This document shows positions 60,143 through 64,000 of a stretch of 64,000 nucleotides of DNA, in pieces. The position numbers were made by a program, and so were the translations under genes. Each line of letters starts with the position of its first letter. The first letter of the stretch is position 1. The DNA lies in assembly GCA_051294905.1 (NCBI GenBank), contig CM119381.1:20026001-20090000 (forward strand). The letters are read 5' to 3'. The DNA is from Botryllus schlosseri. Its lineage: Eukaryota. Below the pieces are notes generated by a model. It was not told the origin of the DNA and made no database searches. It worked only from the letters and a program-made list of their open reading frames with translations.

Positions 60143-63100
60143 TCATTGTGAAGACTTGAACTTGGCCATTTCTGCAATCGAGGGCTTTTCACCGACTGAA
60201 TAACAAACGTTAACGATTAACAATCACACTAGGTTTATGTATTTGTTATTTATAGATATCATAACAAAAATTTCAACGACCATGATGCTAATCAGGTGTG
60301 AAGTAGGATTTCATCTGGATTGTGCTGATATATGAAATCAACAGTTCAACACATACAGTTGAATATTACTGGATCAATCCCATGACAGAAGCATGACAGC
60401 CAGTATTGGCTTTCAGCAATATTACATTAACTACTTGTGCAGTACCTCTAACTCTTGCTCCCAGGAAGTGAACGTTTCCGATTGCCTTCCATCCCGGTTG
60501 GATTACCTTGTTACGCAGGTTCAAATCCATTTTACAACCGATCTCAGACAGCTCGTGCAGCAATGCTTCGTGATCGGGAACAGCGTTGTGGTTGTCGTTG
60601 CGAATTTTGATTGCCAAATGTTCCACCTAGCACGCATAATAAATTGCATACCAAGCGATGACTGTGTTCCATCTACAACAGCGGTTCTCAACCGGGGGTC
60701 CGCGAAGCATTTTCAGGGGGTCCGCGAAGCCTCTAAAGTTACGACATAGTTGATAACCTCATTTTCATTTTTTGAATTAGGAAAATCACGAGGCAGTTTC
60801 GCTTCATTACTAGTAGAACTCACATAAACAGAATGGCCGTCTGATATGAAATATCCTACTGCGCAGACTCATTTTAGTTGCTAAATTGCCAATAGCTTAC
60901 TGATACAAATATTTTGTTGTGTGGAGGTGTCTTGTTGGAGATTGTGTAAAAATAAAAAGTTTGATTAGTCAATCATGGTGACTTCGAAATGTTTATAAAA
61001 ATCCTTTTTCTCCTGTGATATACATAACCATTTTTCCATAATAACTTCGAGATGAGCTACTAGATAGATATGACCAGGCTGGATGGTATATGTTCAATGA
61101 AAAAATTAGTTTGTCAATTTCGGTGCTATGTTTGTTGCGATCACAACCAAATGGATTTTCGAAAGGGTTACGCGTTACGTTACGTTATTACATTCGCCAT
61201 CACCTCTCTTTGTGAAAACGGATTTTCAACACTCGTTTATACCAAATCGAAGGCACGTATTTACAAGACACGACCACGCATTTCAAAGTATTCAGCTTCA
61301 GAATTCGCTTTAGTTTAAATTATTAAAGGTCTTTCCAATTTCTACATAAACGGTCGCACGATAAAAAAGCTAAATTTGAAGTGAAACTTTGGGGCAGTTG
61401 CAGAATCGCTTTGAAATATTTCTACATAAATAGTACGATTTATTTTCAAGAAAAGTCATTTTGTTGCTGTTTATCACTAGCCTACAGTTATCATTTGCAG
61501 AAGATAGATGACGGTTGCACAATAATAGAGCTAAATTTGAACTAAAACTTCAGGGGGTCCGCAGGGCCCGTGACGGTTCAAAAGGGGTCCGCGAACACAA
61601 AAAGGTTGAGAACCACTGATCTACAATATGATTCTAAAATCGGTGAATTTATACAATTCATATGTGACAAAAAATAATAAAACACTGAACATAAAAAGCA
61701 GTACGACCATATTTTGGATGGCATGGTTATCGGGAGAGAGAGAGAGAGATATGATATTCTTTTTCGCCTGCACCATCGAGATGCTTTGACGACGGAGTTG
61801 CGATACGGCCCCATGAGGTCATCTAGTCTGCGCCCCCGTTTTTTTTTTCTCCTCCATGCTATCCGTGATTGCTGAGCGCCTAGCAGGATAGCTGCGGATA
61901 CCAATTTTCGAGTCTTTGGTATGACCCGGCCGGGGATCGAACCCACGACCTACCGCTCGAGAAGCCGGACGCATAACCATTACACTATCTCGCTCGGTAA
62001 GGAGAGCTGTAGTCCAAGTTTTTGTGTGTAGATGATGGTGATGGTTCATGATATCACCGCATTCATTGAATATTAATAACGAATAAATAAAAAGGAAAAA
62101 GGTCACAGAATAATATGAAAAAGGAATAGACTACAAATTTTCAATACATAGCCTATACAGGATAGATATAAAATTCTTGTCAGTATCAATATAGAACACT
62201 GATAACAGCCTGTAGAGCAGTGGTTCTCAACCAGGGGTCCGCGAAACCTCCAAATTCGCAAAATGTGTGATAATTGAATTTTTATTTTTTGAAAATAGAG
62301 AAATCACAAAGCAGTTTCACCTCATAACTACTAGAACTTAAGGACTCACGTAAACAGAATGGCGGTCTGAAATGAAATTTTCTACGGTGCAAACTCATTT
62401 TAATCGTCAATTGCCAATAATATTTCTGATTAGAGAGGTTTTGTTGAGGTTTACGAATAAATTCGCTTGCAAAGCATCCATTTTCTCCTGTGATATACAT
62501 ACCCGCTATTCCAGAATAACTTCAAGATGAGATGCTACATAGAAACGAGTAGTCTGAATGTTATATTGGTGCCATGTAAATTGCGATCACATCCAAAGGT
62601 GTTGTCGAAAGCGTTATAGGACCACGACCTGACATATCGATCTCGCCTTCCGTCACATGCCACTTTATATTGGCTTCTTTTACTTTCATTCAGTGTGCAT
62701 GCCTCCTCTTTGTATCGCCTAGGTCCAGGTGGGTGTCTGATCTTAAGACTACTCCTAGTCGTTTCGACGTCTTCCTATCATTCATTGTATTGCAGTCTTG
62801 TGATGTTTTGAAGTGATGAAATTTTATGAATAAACTTAAACTTGAACTTATATATTTGTCACTGCGTATCTTTGTGGAAATTGATGGATTTTTGGGACTC
62901 TCTCACGTCAAATCGACGGTGCGGCAGCGTATTCTAAGAAATGCAGCCATATAACTGGCTTTGCAATAATATACGTCTTCCCAATTTCTACATAAATATA
63001 GTATGATATTAATTTCAAGAAAGGTCATTTCGTTACTGTTTAGTGTTTATCACTAGCCTACAGTTAATATTTGCACAAGACAGATGCGGTTGCACAGTAA

Positions 63101-63896
63101 TAGAGCCTAATTTGAACTAAAAATTAGAGGGTCCGCGGGGGGTACGTGACGATCCAAAGGGACAAAAAGGTTGAGAACCACTGCTGTAGAGTGATAATTT
63201 GATGTGATGTACAAATCATATTGATGGTTAATGTAGCAGAAGGACAATATAGCCAAGTAACCAAGCACCTATGAAGGCACTGAAAAAATTGTAGTCACTA
63301 CCAGGTGACTTCATTATGAAATAATAGGACCCTGCCGTTCAGGTCTATTCGTCTATACAATCTTTCACTTGTAGAAGGTTTATATTGGGATTTTTGTCGT
63401 AAAGTTCTCATAATTTTTGGGAGTAGTTAATAGTGGTTGCTGTATGGTATTGAGATAAATAGTATATATAAAATAGTTGACAGTCAATCATGTTATGTAC
63501 TGACCTCATGTGGCAAATAAGTTGCCAAATGAGTAGGCATCTAAAATCACAATGTCATAGTCACACTCTGGAATCAGCCAAAGTCTGTATTCTATTGTTA
63601 ATTAAGTGGGAAAAAAATTGTCACAAATGTGGAGAAAGATCGATAGATGCAGTACGAAGTGTAATCCAAGATGACGATCCCAGGTAACAGTATGAGAATT
63701 ACACCAATTTTGAAAAAGTCATGTACCTTGAAATTAACAGATTAAAATTCCATGTCTTGCCGTTACTATAAAGAATTCGTCCTCGTGAGAAGGTGCAACA
63801 CAAAAAAGTACTCACGCATGCTTGAGCGACATAGGAAACCATCAAAGACGATTCAAGCTCATGGTCGACATCGCAGTCCAAAACCACCTTTTTCAC
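60143..63896 (-). CDS. 3' exons of an unidentified protein-coding gene (5' part right of the window)
   Basis: Exon 63896-63816 (VKKVVLDCDVDHELESSLMVSYVAQAC, TTTGTAG acceptor, GTGAGT donor) splices in phase 0 to 60626 (VEHLAIKIRNDNHNAVPDHEALLHELSEIGCKMDLNLRNK...). It either reads on to the stop at 60366 or splices at 60446 to 60195-60143 (GEKPSIAEMAKFKSSQ*). An AT-rich 3' UTR with a minus-strand AATAAA lies near 59790. Confidence 0.55.
60679..61618 (+). mobile_element. hAT (Buster) deletion derivative, 19122 family
   Basis: TIR CAG(C/T)GGTTCTCAACC, perfect TSD ATCTACAA, remnant ITFAITSLCENGFSTLVYTKSKAR resembling the hAT dimerisation domain. Confidence 0.9.
61735..61998 (-). mobile_element. 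tRNA-derived SINE with a MetaSINE-like central domain
   Basis: Minus strand: A box TAGTGTAATGG, B box GGTTCGATCC, then GGGTCATACCAAAGACTCGAAAATTGGTATCCGCAGCTATCCTGCTAGGCGCTCAGCA, a unique tail and a (TC)n end. Confidence 0.8.
62218..63183 (+). mobile_element. hAT (Buster) MITE, 19122 family, with a LINE 3' UTR inserted
   Basis: TIR CAGTGGTTCTCAACC, perfect TSD CTGTAGAG. The LINE tail at about 62619-62850 interrupts the body where other copies carry the transposase remnant. Confidence 0.88.
62619..62850 (+). mobile_element. 5'-truncated LINE (3' UTR only)
   Basis: Near-identical to 34449-34692; ends AATAAACTTAAACTTGAACTT. Confidence 0.85.
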
Positions 63897-64000
63897 CTAC
63901 AAATAAATAAATTATTAACATTGATTGACAGTTAACCTTTGTGCCCTGAATTTTGAAATGAAAACGATTCTTTAATTTTTGCTATAGCTGCTGAAAGCAG

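Noticed and set aside
61925-61998. tRNA gene
   Set aside because: A and B boxes are present, but the acceptor and anticodon stems do not pair, there is no T-run terminator, and it continues into a SINE body.

Overview
Eukaryotic, AT-rich, intron-containing animal DNA. It is most likely an ascidian (tunicate), inferred from the many 56-66 bp introns, compact genes and a trefoil-plus-trypsin protease; the species cannot be fixed from sequence alone. I assembled the spliced genes by hand from GT-AG boundaries, and phases are consistent across every junction. Left to right: TRAPPC11 (minus, 8 exons in window, C-terminus off the left edge); an intronless 308-aa orphan ORF with a C-terminal transmembrane tail (minus); glycerol kinase (plus, 15 coding exons, head-to-head with the previous two); a secreted protease with three trefoil domains, a Pro/Thr linker and a trypsin domain (plus, 15 exons); EFCAB2/DRC8 (plus, 4 exons); an ENT3-like SLC29 nucleoside transporter (minus, 14 exons); and the last exons of an unidentified gene entering from the right edge (minus). 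Introns and intergenic DNA are packed with non-autonomous elements. These are 12 hAT elements with intact 8-bp target-site duplications (TSDs), two foldback elements with 7-bp TSDs, a CACTA element with a piggyBac element nested in it, an L2/CR1-type LINE remnant with several 3'-UTR-only copies, and a tRNA-derived SINE with a MetaSINE-like core. I found no intact transposase, rRNA, true tRNA or CRISPR array. All homology calls are from memory of family motifs, not database searches.
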